Below are positions 13,421 to 27,000 of a DNA stretch of 64,000 nucleotides, in pieces. A model generated the notes under the pieces. That model made no database searches. It was not told where the DNA came from and saw nothing but the letters and a program-made list of their open reading frames with translations. This stretch comes from Takakia lepidozioides (taxonomy: Eukaryota > Plantae > Bryophyta), in the NCBI GenBank assembly GCA_030704615.1, contig CM060731.1:45012001-45076000 (forward strand), written 5' to 3'. The stretch's first letter is position 1, and the number at the start of each line of letters is the position of its first letter. The translations under genes and the position numbers were made by a program.

Positions 13421-14507
13421 AGCTCGCTTCTCCTCGTCTCGTCTCCTCCTCCTCTTCTCCTTCGTGCATCATTTGCTCAACGCCTCCATCCCACGCCCCT
13501 GCATATCCTGCTATCATCGCGTTCCATCCCTCAGCTATGTGGTGTGGCGCAGGAGACAAAAAGACGCCAAGTCCCAGCCCTCCTTTCTGTTCACGATTAC
13601 ACTAATGGGCAACCTTATTAGCAAATTTTTTAACTTTTTTAAACCTAATGGGCAACCTTATTTGCATTATATGTGCCTTCAAAATGACACGTGTAGTGAT
13701 GTAGTCGTATAAATAGAGCTCTGAAACCATCTTCAGTCATGGAGTCATAAGATTCCATGAAACGTCGTCCACGTGTAGTCAAACATATCACACTAGTCAT
13801 ATAAACCATCCCTGTCATCATGGTCAACAATGTTTGACCAATGCTCCCTAACTTTCCGGAGTCATGTAGTGATATCCATTACTACAAAGTCATAAAACTA
13901 AAACTGTAATGCATTTCAACGCTCTGTAGTCATGTACCTAGTGCAGTTTTTATGACTCCGCCAAAGCCGTAGTCCTAAAAACGTTCATCTCTTGTAGTGT
14001 TACTAAGTTATCGGGGGTTTACCAAATTACCAAGAGTAACTTGGGAAACTGCTCAGGAAGCTTCCTTTGGAGGAAACGTCTCCATCAAGATACCTCATTT
14101 GTTTAAGGAAGCTTCTCCATCAATAAACCTTTGTTTAATCTTGAAAACTTCTTCATCAAGAAACCTCCATAGAGGAAGCTTCTAAGGGAAGCTTCTTAGT
14201 AGCCAGTATATATAGGAGGCGAGACTGGACACTCTTCAGCCTCGCCAACACCAGTTCAAGCTACTCTTGTTTTCAGTTCCCAGTACTCTAGCCAAGTTTC
14301 CAGGATCTGGTACTCCAGTCCAGTTTCCAGCATTCCAGTATTCAAGTCGTGTTCCAATATCTTGTACTCTTGTTCATTGTTATAAAGACCGTCTTGATTC
14401 CTATTTAGTCATCGTGCATATGGCTACGCCGACCTTGACTTCTTGTCTAGTCTTGTACCTCTAGTCTGATCTCTTGTTTGTGTTCAGTCATGTTCTTGTC
14501 CTTGACA

Positions 14508-15120
14508 ACGTGCAAGGTGCGACTGTCATCAGACGGTGTAATGAAATGTGCGGGATGTACAAAATTTGGGGGCAAGGCGGCTAGAGACCATGCAACATAC
14601 TTGCGAGGTTGAAACGATAGCCCCACACCTTGAAGTTGAGCGGCAAAGTGGTTATACGCCGGGAGCACCTCGGAGGCCGGACCAATGATGTGAGTGTCAT
14701 CAACAACTAAGGGAAACTGGCAAGTTAGGAATGATGTTGCTGATGACGTAAGGCGCGCAGATCATGTGCCATGACAAACAAAGGTCTCCAAAGGATTGCC
14801 CTGTCGGGTGCCAACCTTTGACCGGATGATGGTGTAGTCACATGTACAAGAACGGTGATTGTTAAAAAGAGTGGGCCGGTAGATGCATAAAATAGTCTGA
14901 CAAAAATGATGAGTTGGATGTGGAAACCCCTCCAGCAGAACGAAATTCTTGGAAGATGACGCTGCGGGAGACGGAATTAAAAGTGTTTGCTACATCGACT
15001 TGAAACACAACCGAGTCCGGGTGAAGGTCGAGAATAGCCCGAATCCCATGTACCACAACCTCACAACCGCCTAGGGTGGCGACGCCAAACTGATGTGGAA
15101 AAGATGGGTAGATAATGTAT
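14508..15120 (-). mobile_element. CRE-type (RLE-class) non-LTR retrotransposon, RT fragment
   Basis: HQFGVATLGGCEVVVHGIR, FQVDVANTFNSVSR, GTRQGNP and VDDTHI; degenerate. Confidence 0.8.
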
Positions 15121-15219
15121 CATGAAACTACATCTGATTCGGACGTAAAGGCGACCGCAAGCTGAGCAAGGAATATATACTATAGTATGAACAACTGGTG
15201 GTTGTGTAAGGGGTGGAGC

Positions 15220-18200
15220 CACTAGAGGAAAAACACGGAATAACCACTGGCCCTTTAACCACTACTGTCTTTTTCCACTTTATAAACCACTAGTAATCAC
15301 TTGTCAGTGGTTAATCCCAATGAAATGCCACGGTGGCATCACAGACAGTGGTTGGAAGTGGTTTCAACCACTCAGTAGTCCACGTGTAATAATTTGTTAT
15401 TATTATTTATTATTTATTTGATAATATATTTTAATTAATATATGTAATATTCCACGTGGACGAGTGCAGTGATACATTGTGAGTGGTTATAGACACCTCA
15501 GTGATGGGAAGTGGTTGAAACCACTTGCTACTCCACGGATAATAATTCAAATTTTATTTGTGATTTATGATTTGGAAATATATTTTAATTAATAAATATA
15601 ATATTCCACGTGGACGGGGACACTGCACGTTGATCTTGAGTGGTTAAAAACACCTCATTGATTTGTACCACTTTGACAGTGGTGGAGAGTGGGTGGTGAA
15701 AGATACTGCAGTAATTGGAACCACTATTCTAGTGGTTGCTCATGAATGGTTGCCTACACAACTGAATTCTGCAAGTTAGCTGGTTGAGTGAGCCTTTGAT
15801 AGTTTGGAGCGACTTTGACATGATACTGCCAATGTGACAACAGGGAAGTATCCAGAAACAAGTAACAGCTGAGATGAGGAGAAGCTGTGGAATGAATACT
15901 TTTCTGACCCCAGTCAATGGTAGGACAACTGAGGCAAAAAGGTGAATGCCTATCAGATTACCAGATGTCATTCTAAACATTGTCTCTGCCCTGGTGGACC
16001 TGTAGGCCAAATGTGGGTGCATCAAGAATGCCAAGAGAGTGTTCAACACTATGGCTGAACGAGATATGATGTCGTGGAGTGCGATGCTCGTGGTATGCAC
16101 AGCAGGGGTGCGGGATGGAGGCTTTGGAGACCTATGAGCAAATGATGGGGGAAGGGGTGAAGCCCGCCGACATTACGTTTGTGTGTGGTTTGCAGTGCGT
16201 CTGGCAGACCTGGAAAAGGGCAAAGAGATCAATGGTGACATCATCAAATCTGCAATTGTACCAGATGTCATCTTGAACACTACTTTGGTGGACATATATG
16301 CCAAATGTGGGAGCATTGAGGATGCCAAGGGAGTTTTCAACACTATGGCTGAACGAGATGTGGTGTCGTGGAATGCGATGCTTGTAGGGTGTGCACAGCA
16401 GGGGCATGGGATGGAGGCTTTGGAGACCTATGAGCAAATGATGGGGGAAGGGGTGAAGCCCAACCGCATCACGTTTGTGTGCAAGCTCCAGATTACCTAT
16501 GATTCCTTGTGGATCAATATCTACTACCAACCTACATGGGTAGATGGTCAACTAGAAGCTGCAGCAGCAGCGACACAATTGATAAAAATCAGGCATTGCT
16601 AATGAAGGCACCTTCTTCAACACATTCCACCCTGTTTTTCCCTCTTATCAGAATCGGTCATGTTGAATTCTGCAAGTTAGCTGGTTGAGTGAACCTTTGA
16701 TAGTTTGGAGTGACTGACATGATACTGCCAATGTGACAACAGTGTGTATCCAGAAACAGATAACAGAGATAATGAGAAGCTATGGAATAAATAATTTTCT
16801 GACCCCAGTCAATGGTGGGACGATCGAGGCAAGAAAGTGAATGCCTGTTGGATTATAGAGAGTAGTAGATGCAATTGAGCATAAGAACTAGTGTGATAAG
16901 TAGGGTTGGGGTGTTTGCTGGAACAACTCTAGGCTGTCATTATCAGCTGCTAGCAGCAAGCCAAAGATGAATGTCCGATTTGTAGGGTGACATACCCTAT
17001 TGCTGAAATCTGGCCATCTTGGATGAATATGGACCTTCAGCTATCCATGGATTACAAAGAGTAGTAGATGCAATTGAGCATATGAACTAGAGTGATAAGT
17101 TGAGTTGGGTGTTTTCTAGAACAGATGTAGGCTATCATTGTCAGCTGCTAGCAGCAAGACAAGGATGTATGCATGGTTTGTGCAGAGGCATGGATAGCTG
17201 AAGGAGCAGGGTTGGAGTGTGGGTCCAGATTCATCCAAGAGGGCCGGATTTCAAGCATAAGGTTACCTATGATTCCCTGTGGATCAATAGCTACAAGAAA
17301 CCTGCATGGGTAGATGTCTATCACTGACCAAAAGGCAGAAAATAGTTCATGGCTTTTAGCATGCCTACGGAGACATAGTGTAGATATAGTATATCACCCT
17401 TTATCATGGCTGGATTTTGTTGACTTTGTTCCAACACTTACTGTCTTGGATTCTATTCTGTTTTTTGAATGGTGAATCTTTAAGAGTATTTGGATTTGCA
17501 GATTCACTTCGAATGTATGGGAATTGTAGGAGAATTATATGGGAATGTATGAATCACTTACACACCACTCTGTCAGTGGTATATGTAAGACTGTGATAGT
17601 ATGCAAGAGTGGTTGTATTCCTCCAGATGTAGCCCCAATTACTTACATATCACTCTGGTAGTAATAATTCAAAAACATGGTTCCTACTTGGTGGGACACA
17701 CTGGATGACTTCGTTAGTGGTTAGCACACAACCTAATCACTACATCAATACTGGTAGAACCACTTCGTCAGTGGTTTTAGCACACAACCTAACCACTACA
17801 TTGATACTGGTAGAACCACTCAGTAAGTGGTTTTAGCATACATCAATACTATTAGAACCACACATTCAATGATAATATACATTGTTTATTCTCTAATCAT
17901 GTCTATTAGAGTCATTTAAGTCTCACTCACAGAGTTGTTTGTGAAGTCATTGCATTTTTTAGCACATCCCTAAAATAGGGCACGTGCTCATTTGCAATAT
18001 CGCCACGTGTCCAGATAATGGAGCCCATAATCGTCTAACTGGATTCGGCCACGTGTCCATATGGATATGGACACGTGTCCGTCCATTGCTAAGTATGATC
18101 GACGGAGTTGTTGCGTCCACGTCGCATACGGTGGAAGTGGTCTATGTTCTGAAGTGGTTAGTTTACCACTGTGACACGTAAGCGAACAGCTGGACTCGGA

Positions 18201-18261
18201 GTCAAGTGATCACATACGTCACATGACATCACAGTGGTTAATCCGCATTTTTTCTCTAGTG
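15220..18261. mobile_element. non-autonomous Pack-CACTA element 2 (3.0 kb)
   Basis: TIRs CACTAGAGGAAAAACACGGAATAACCACTG and (revcomp) CACTAGAGAAAAAATGCGGATTAACCACTG; flanks AGC/AAC (3-bp TSD, one mismatch); AACCACT subterminal repeats; no transposase. Confidence 0.88.
15878..17316 (+). pseudogene. PLS-type PPR repeats and PDF-motif fragments carried by CACTA element 2
   Basis: LVDIYAKCGSIEDAKGVFNTMAERDVVSWNAML...GVKPNRITF; IHPRGPDFKHKVTYDSLWINSYKKPAWVD at ~17229-17316; stops and frameshifts. Confidence 0.9.
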
Positions 18262-18608
18262 AACCGTGGGAGGGGGTAGCACAGCTGGAGGAGTCGACAA
18301 AATGGAAGGTCCAGGGGCAGAAGGAGGGTGAGCATGGATTCGTTGTCTTGAGCGAGGTGGAAAACCCGGTGGTGAGGTGACTTCTGTGGGATTCTGAGGG
18401 CAGCCAAAAAGGCGGAGTGGATTCAATGCGATGTTGGGACTGTGCACCTCGGTTTGATCTTCAGGCGCAAGCATATGGTTATGTTAGAGAGGGTCGGAGA
18501 TGGATGGCTATTGAGGAAGACAAACGCGTTCTAACTGGTGTTATGGCAACCCGCTGTTCGTCAACACCACTAGGGTTTCCTACTGGTGGGGTTGGCGTGA
18601 GGATGATA

Positions 18609-19581
18609 CCCCCGGGGAAGTCACTCTCCGTATTTTCAAGACCACTTGGTAACAAATATATGGTGTAGTTTATTTTTTTGAGGTAAATTTTAGAAAATTT
18701 CTACTTAAAATTATAATAGGGCAATATCATTTCACCCAGTTTTTTAAAGAAAAAGTCCCAAAAAATCCAGAGTTTAACTTAAAAAGTTAATATAATAAAG
18801 GATTTTATCTACAGTATAATGTATTCATCCTTGTGAAGTTTCTCGTATTTCATCCAGCTCTAATCCAATAGGATGAAATCTTCTCAAAACTTCATTCATC
18901 CATCTTTAGTCACAAGATTAGGGCGATGGTGTCATGCGTAGGGTTTATTTGCTATGCGACTTGGAGCTCAACCCTTTCACGGTGCAGAGCTGCGATTAGG
19001 TTTATGGCATTGGAGGCAGGTCTCAGGGCCATGAGCTGCAATGCAAGCACTTGTCGCATCTGTGAGTGTATACTGAAGACATATATGTTTCACATCGTGT
19101 AAACCTGTAGTGAGTCTACTTTCAACTCAACCAGGTCACCTGAAGCTCAAATATGATTCAAGTGATACACAGTGGATTGATGTTGAGACGATAATCTCAA
19201 CAGTGACTATGACATTTGAACCATATCAAAACTTGTACTTTTTAGATCCAAGTGATGTTGCAACTTTGAATGAGTTCATGACTAATGAAAATTAAACTGT
19301 TTCTTGGGTCCGACATTTGATTTATGTATGGAATGTACTCAGTGTTTGTGTACATGCTTTGAAATTTTGCAATTATTTAAAAAGACAATTTAAAAGATGG
19401 TCTAATTAACTGTTGCAAAAAAAATTATAAAGAGAAATAGGATGTTAGGAAACAAAGGGTTTTACAATGTTACCTAAAGATATGCAAGAAAAAAATGATT
19501 TAAAAAAAATATAACATACTATAAATATACCTTTGTACGCACGTGATATGGAAAAAATACATATAGTGACTTCCCCAGGGT
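18609..19581. mobile_element. small non-autonomous TIR DNA transposon (superfamily uncertain, possibly Sola-like)
   Basis: TIRs CCCCCGGGGAAGTCACT and (revcomp) ACCCTGGGGAAGTCACT; GATA on both flanks (18605-18608, 19582-19585); residual ORF 19110..19295. Confidence 0.65.
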
Positions 19582-20159
19582 GATACCACTAGCTGGGGCG
19601 GGGCTGTAGACGCTGCTGCTACTGCTGAATGAGAACATGACCTCAGCACTATGGATCGCACGTAGTCAATACTTCTGGTGCATGTGCGGGAACGTCTTCA
19701 TGTCTTGGCTGGGTGTATGCTAACATGGTTGCTGACGTTGCTATGTCGATTCTCCTATTCGCTCAACGTTGGATCGGGATGTTGCCGCTTGACCTCCGTT
19801 GTCCTTCGTCATCGTTGCCTTTTGGCTGTGCCGTCGCTGCCTCCTCTCGTTGTCAAAGCTTCGATTTAGTGGTGTCTCGCTGACTCCATGAGAAGGGCCC
19901 CACCGCAATCCATGTGAAGGCGTTGGTTTACAGGCTTCGTACGACGCCTCTACATATGCCGCTGCATAGTCATCATTGTAGCGGCCACCATCGTGGGTCC
20001 CACCGCTACTCATCTCATCAATTGGTCATTATGTCTGTGAGGTTGGAAGAGTAGGTTGTGAAAAACAAAAAGGAGGTGTTTTGTTTGTTTGGATGAGAGG
20101 AGGTGTATCGTTGCAAGACGTTGTTAGTAGCCCACTTGTACTCAGCTTCCCCAGTAGTG

Positions 20160-21036
20160 GCTCTGGGGATCCCGCATACATGGACATCAATGATCTAGAA
20201 GACGATCAGTTCATAGATCAGCGTATGGATGACGAGATGCGGGATGTTGAAGCTCTAGCAGCAACTTCGAGTGGACATGACCGGTGGGAGAACATGGGGG
20301 CCCAAGACGAACTCATGGCAAAGGTCCATCAAGTTAACGCGGATCAGCAGGAACCAGCCCTTGGAGCCAGACAACGGAATCCACCTGCACGTTTTGGGGA
20401 TTGGATTTATCCTGTTAACAGAAACTCCTATGCATGTGTTGCCAGCATAGACGACATGCCAGAAGAGCCAGAGACATTCGAGGAAGCTATGGCGTCCCCA
20501 CAGAAGGACCAGTGGTTACTGGCAATGCGTGACGAGTATAAGTCACTTATTGAAAACGAGACGTGGGCCATCGAAGATCTACCAGCAGGTCGAAAAACAA
20601 TCAAATGCAAATGGGTGTTTAAGTTAAAGCTGGGTGCTGATGGATCAGTAGACCGTTACTAGGCATGGCTTTGTGCAAAAGGCTTCACCCAACGAGCGGG
20701 AGTGGACTATAAAGAAACGTTTAGCCCGGTTGTCAAGATGGACTCTATCCGCACAATCTTATCCATAGTGGCTGCAGAGGATTTGAACATCCAACAATTT
20801 GACGTCCGCACAATGTTTTTGTATGGTGAACTTGATGAAACAATCTACATGGAACAGCCCGTCGGGTTTGGAGATTTCTCGGTACCAGGGCGAGTTTGCA
20901 GACTCAAGAAGGCCCTTTACGGACTGAAGCAGTCCCCGCGTGTCTGGAACGAAAAGTTCGACAGTTTTCTCCAGGAATATGATCTGGACGTATCAGAGGC
21001 CGATTGCTGTGTGTATGTGAATAAGTGAAATCCAAA
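20160..21036 (+). mobile_element. Ty1/Copia reverse transcriptase, N-terminal half
   Basis: EPETFEEAM...KCKWVFKLK, DYKETFSPVVK, QFDVRTMFLYG and LYGLKQSPRVW; in-frame stops; cut by CACTA element 3. Confidence 0.95.
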
Positions 21037-24000
21037 CACTACAATACAAGCTGGGCTTTTCGACTCTGTATTTGACTCATTTTTTAGTCATTTGCGACAT
21101 TTTTACTCCTAGCCTCCATAGTCGAACATGCGTAACAAAGGTCAAGTCGTTTCAGTCTAGCAATCAAATCTAGATGCCAGGTCCTAACAGTGAAATGTGA
21201 CAGTAAAACCTAGGGGGTGACGTGTAGGCAACACAGTATGACGTGGATTCGACGTGGCTATGACGTGGCTATGACGTGTTGTAAAGTGGTTTAACTGAAT
21301 TATAAGGTGGATGCATGACGTGTAGTGAGTGGCTTAAGGGCGGAGTGACGTGGATGCATGACGTGTAGTAAAATGGTTTAACTGAAATGGAACATATTGA
21401 CTATGTTCCATGATGTTTAGTATACGGTTTGACTGTAAATCAGTGATAGTGAGTTTGCTTGACTTTGTATACTGTGAAGCAGTAAAAGAGGACACATTTT
21501 AGTAAATATGTTTCACTCTGGAGGTGTATGTATATATATATGAATTGGGAGGCTTTTTATTTAATATTTGGTTTTTTTAATTTATTACTGTTATTTCGTT
21601 TTCTTCATTTACTTTTAGTTTATATCTGTACGTATGTGAATTAGTGGATATTGCATTTAAATTTTTTGATTCGTTGCACTGCATTGAAAATATATTACAA
21701 ATACAACAAAACATGAAATACAAATACAGGTCGGAACCAAAAACATTTGGATGGCTCAAAACTGGTTTTATATCAAGAGTGATTTGCAAAACAAGTTTTG
21801 GCCACATTCTACAAATGACCAATATGAGGGCCATGTTGCCATATCCATAGATCACTGCCCAACTGAAGTCATTGAGTAAGGATAATCGGCTGTGCAGCTA
21901 GGTCCAGCACTATCGTGGACATGTCAAGAGAACATTAGAAATCATTTTGAGAATGAATTCAGGTAGTTCCAGAGAATGGTGGTGCTAGCTACCTTGTCAC
22001 CCAAAGTGACATCCACTTCCAGGGCTGCCTTGAAATACATATCCACCAAGGCAGTGTTTAGAGTGACAACTCCAGCTTTGACGATGCCATCATGGACCTT
22101 TGTGCCCTTTTGATGGCTGCCAGGCTCACATTTGACGTAGATGTACACCAGGGGAATGTTCAGAATGACATCTGGTACAATTCCAGTTTGGATAGTGTCA
22201 CCATAAACCTCTTTGCCCCTTCCCAGGGCTGCTAGGCTCGCATATGCATATTACAAAAACAAATGAACATGACGGCCTGGTCTGGCTTCATCCCTTCCCA
22301 CATCATTTGCTCTTATGTTTCCAAAGCCTTAATCCCATACCCATGCTGCACATACCTTGCAATCATGGCACTCCAAAATACCACAACTCGTTAAGCCATA
22401 TTGTCAAACTCTCCCTTCACATCAGGCTTGCTTCACCCACATTCGGCATACATGTCCACCAAGGCAGAGTTCAGAATGACAATTTCCCCTTTAACGATCG
22501 GCATAAGCAAGGGGAAGGAGACAGCAGAGCTGCTGCTCTCTCCCAGCGCCAAAAAAACCAAAAGAAAAAAAAATGTAGGGGCTGAGAGAGCCGCCATGGC
22601 TGTTAAGTACCAGTATGCTGCAACGTGATGTGGTTGGGCTTCACCCCTCCCCCCATCAATATTTGATCATAGGTCTCCAAAGCCTCCATACCATGTCCCA
22701 GTTGTGCATACCCTGCAAGCATCACCCATTCACAATCTCCAAAGCCTCCCTGCCAACCTAGTATATAAACAGAGTACACATAAGTTCCTTGCTTTGCATC
22801 CTCAATGCACCCACATTGGGCATACATGTCCACCAGGGCAGAGTTCAGAATGACATGTGGTACAATTCCAGCTTTGACAATGTCAACATAGAGCTCTTTA
22901 ACCTTTTCCAGGGCTGCCAGGCTTGCATAAGCATTGCAATCACAAACGTGATGTGGATGGGGCTTCACCCCTTCCCCCATCATTTGATCATAGGTCTCCA
23001 AATCCACCATCCCACGCTCCGATGCTTGTGAGTGTGTACCTACTTTCCAGCTTCCAGACCTTTTTGGCGTGAATCCACATCATTTGTTGGCACTAGGAAA
23101 GGGTTGAGACTGAGCTGCTCAACTACTCCCTGGTCTTACATGGTGGGTTTACATAGTGTGCCAAGCACAACATCTGGAGCCAAAGCCTCCATCCAGTGCC
23201 CCTGCTGTGCATACCCTGCAAGCATCGAGTTCTACGACACCACATCAGCTCTGACAATGTTGCCATGGGCCTCTTTGCCCTTTTCCAGGGCTGCCAAGCT
23301 TGCACACGCACTGCAACCGCACACAAACCTGATCAGCCCAAAACCAATGGCCAACCTCTCACTGTGGTGGCAAAGAGAAAATTCCTTTTCCTCCTCCCCG
23401 CCTCCTTTCATCTGCCCAGACAATCTTCTCAGCTCAGCATGGATTTCCTTAATTGGGATGCAACTTGTCATCTACAGCAAGGTGTGCACCTTGTTGCCAA
23501 CCCCAATCCAGCAGCGACCTGGCTGCTTTCTAACCCCTCTGACCTTCATCGTTCTTCTCACCTTTGCAGTATCATCCCACCTGCCAGCTGCAGCATACAT
23601 GTTTGATACCAACACATAAGTCACGGCATCTTGTTCATCCCATTTGAGGATAGATGCTGCCACACGTTCAGCCATCTCCACATTGCCATGGATTCTGCAG
23701 GCACCAAGCACGGCCTTCCACACCACAAGATCTGGATTGATTGGCATCTTATTAATCAGATCCACTGCCTCATCCAGTTGTCCCGCACGTCCAAGAAGGT
23801 CCACCAGCCAAAGTGCTTTACTGTCGGAGTGACACCATGATCTTGATTTCCTTCATTCAGTAGGCCAGTGTGGCTGCATGCAGAGAGAACACATATAAAG
23901 GTGAGACTGTCCGGCTTCAAGCTTCTTTTGCATTTCCTTCAAATAGCTGCAGGACCTCCCTATGACCATGCTGGGCATATTCTGCGATCATCGTGTTCCA

Positions 24001-27000
24001 CGACACCACATTTCGTTCAGCCATATTGTCGAACACTCCCTACGCATCCTCAACGCACCCACATTTGGCATACATGTCCACGAGGGTATTGTTCAGAATC
24101 ACATCTGGTACAATTCTAGCTTTGGTGATGCAACCATGCACCTCTTTGCCCTTTTCCAGGACTGCCAGGCTTGCACACGCACTGCAAAACGCACACAAAC
24201 GCGATGTGGTTGCACTTCACCCCTTCCACCATCATTTGCTCATAGGTCTCCAAGGCCTCCATCCCGCCCCCCTGTAGTGGATACCCTACAAGCATGGCGT
24301 TCCATGACACCAAATCTCGTTCAGCCATATTGTTGAACACTCCCTCCACGTCCTCAATGCCCACATTTGACATGTATGTCCCCAAGGGTGTTGTTCATAA
24401 TCACATCTGGTACAATTCCAGCTTGACGATGCAACCATGGACCTCTTTGCCCTTTTCCAGGGCTGTCAGGCTTGCACAAGCATTGCAAACGCACACAAAT
24501 GTGATGTTGTTGCGCTTCACCCCTTCCCCCATCATTTGCTCATAGGTCTCCAAGGCCTCCATCCCGTGCCCCGCTGTGCATATCCTGCAAGCATGGCGTT
24601 CCATGACACCAATTTCGTTCAGCCATATTGTTGAACACTCCCTCCACATTTGGCATACATGTCCACAGGGTATTGTTCAGAATCACATCTGGTACATTTT
24701 CAGCTGTGACGATGCGACCATGGACCTCTTTGCCCTTTTCCAGGACTGCCAGGCTTGCACACGCACTGCAGACGCACAGAAACTTTATGTGGTTGGGCTT
24801 CACCCCTTCCTCCATCATTTGCTCGTAGGTCTCCACAGCCTCCATCCCGCGCCCCTGCTGTGCATATCCTGCAAGCATGGCGTTCCATGACACCACATCT
24901 TGTTCAGCCATATTGTTGAACACTCCCTCGGCATCCTCAATGCTCCCACAATTGGCATACATGTCCACGAGGGTATTGTTCAGAATGACATCTGGTACAA
25001 TTCCAGCTTTCGCAATGCAACCATGCGCCTCTTTGCACATGCATTGCAAATGCACACAAACGTGATGTGGTTGGGCTTCACCCCTTCCCACATCATTTGA
25101 TCACAGGTCTCCAAAGCCACAATCCCCCCTTGCGTGCCACGACACCACCATCTTGTTCAAACATAGCGTTGAAAACTGCCTTCGCATCCTCTTTCCCCTT
25201 TTCCAGAGCTGCCAGGCTTGCACACGCATTGCAAACGCACACAAACGTGATGTGGTCAGGCTTCACCCCTTCCCCCATCATTTGATCATAGGTCTCCAAA
25301 GCCACCATCCCACGTCCCTGCTATGCATACCCTGCAAGCATCGCATGCCACGACACCACATCTCGTTCAGCCATAGTGTTGAAAACTGCCTTTGCATCCT
25401 TAATGCACTTACATTTCGACCAGGGCAGTGTTCAGAATGACATCTGGTACAATTCCAGCTTTCATGATGTCATCATGGACCTCTTTCCCCTTTTCCAGGG
25501 CTCCCAGGCTTGCACACGAATTGCAAACACAAACGAATGTGATGTGCAACATTTGCTCATAGGTCTCCAAAGCATTCCTACCACACCCATGCTTGGTAAA
25601 TCCTGCCAACATTATATTCCACGTGATCAAAGATGGTCAAGGCATTCTGTGGAGAACCTGGTGAGCATCCATGATGCTCCCACACTTAACATACATGTTG
25701 ACAAGGGTGTTGAGTAGAAAAACATTTGGCGTTAATCACTTAGGATAATGTGAGTGTGCACCTGTTTCCAGCTTCCAGACCTTTCATCTTGATGCACTTA
25801 AGCAAGAGACAGAAGACCTATCTGAATCTGCTTAAATGCCTTGTTAGTTTAAAGTTGTAGAGCCTCTGTCAGTCTGCCTGCCTCACAAAGCATCTTCACA
25901 TGCCCAGCAAAAGAGGCATTGTGGACTCCCTCTTTTGATCCTCTTTCAAAAGCTGTGGTCATGGTTGAGGTGCTTGATTTTATCAACTGTGCCGCTGCAG
26001 CTACTACCTTTACTTGACCATCTACCCATGCAGGTTTCTTGTAGCTATTGATCCACATGGAATCATAGGTAATCTGGAGCTTGAAGTCCAGCCCTCTGGA
26101 TGAACCTGGACCCACACTCTATCCCTGCTCCTTCAGCTATCCATGCCTCTGCACAAATCATGCATACTGCATCCTTGCCTTGTTGCTAGCACCTGACAAT
26201 GACAGCCTAGATTTGTTCTAGGAAACACCTAACTCAACTTATCACACTAGTTCCTATGGTCAATTGCATCTGCTACTCTTTGTAATCCAACAAGCATTCA
26301 CCTTTTTGCCTCGATTGTCCCGCCATTGCCTAGGGTCAGAAAAGTATGAGAATTCAACATGAAAATTTAGGGCCAATTCTGATGAGAGGGAAAAACAGGG
26401 TGAAATCTGTTGAAGAAGGTACCTTCATTAGCAGTGCCTGATTTTATCAATTGAGCCGCTGGTGCTGTGGCTTCCAGTTCACCATCTACCCATGCAGGTT
26501 TCGTGTAGCTATCCTTCCACAGGGAATCATAGGTAATCTGGAGCTTGAAATTCGGCCCTCTTGGATGAATCTGGACCTACACTCTATCCCTGCTCTTTCA
26601 GCTATCCAGACCTCTGCACAAATCATGCACACATCCTTGCCTTGCTGCAGCTAGCAGCTGACACTGACGCCCTAACCCTACCTACAGTAACATGTCAAAA
26701 TCACTCCAAAACCACCATAGATCCACCAACGAGCTTCTCCTAATCTATGTTATTTGTTTTTGGATACTTTCCTGCTGCCACATCGGCAGTAACTTGTCAA
26801 AGTCACTCCTAACCACCACAGATCCACCCAACGAGCTAACTTGAATTCAAAATGCATCTCAGGGCCGAGTCTGATGAGAGGGTAAAACAGGCAGAAATAG
26901 GTTGAAGAAGAAGGTGCCCTCACCACATTGTCGACCTTGACCTTGTGTCATGACCCATGGAGGATTTGACAGACCATCAACCCAAAGATCCTCTTGTGTG

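Larger units (their letters stand above)
1767..13999 (+). mobile_element. CACTA/EnSpm element 1, full length (12.2 kb)
   Basis: TIRs CACTACAACAGATGAGCGTTTTTA and (revcomp) CACTACAAGAGATGAACGTTTTTA; 3-bp TSD TTA at 1764-1766 and 14000-14002; subterminal TATGACT/AGTCAT repeats; transposase inside. Confidence 0.96.
1668..14507 (+). mobile_element. 3' LTR of the Tf1/Tcn1-type Gypsy element, split by CACTA element 1 into 1668-1766 and 14003-14507
   Basis: TGTCACGG...CCTTGACA. The joined halves align to the reverse complement of 33551-34136, and a purine-rich tract (AGAGGAGCAGGTGA) precedes the start. Confidence 0.88.

Noticed and set aside
1668-14507. Solo LTR
   Set aside because: The flanks (GGTGA / ACGTG) do not form a TSD, a purine tract precedes it, and the matching flank is at 34137.
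21960-25900. Functional PPR editing gene
   Set aside because: Frameshifts or stops in almost every repeat; the DYW domain is truncated before the deaminase cysteines and followed by more PPR pieces.
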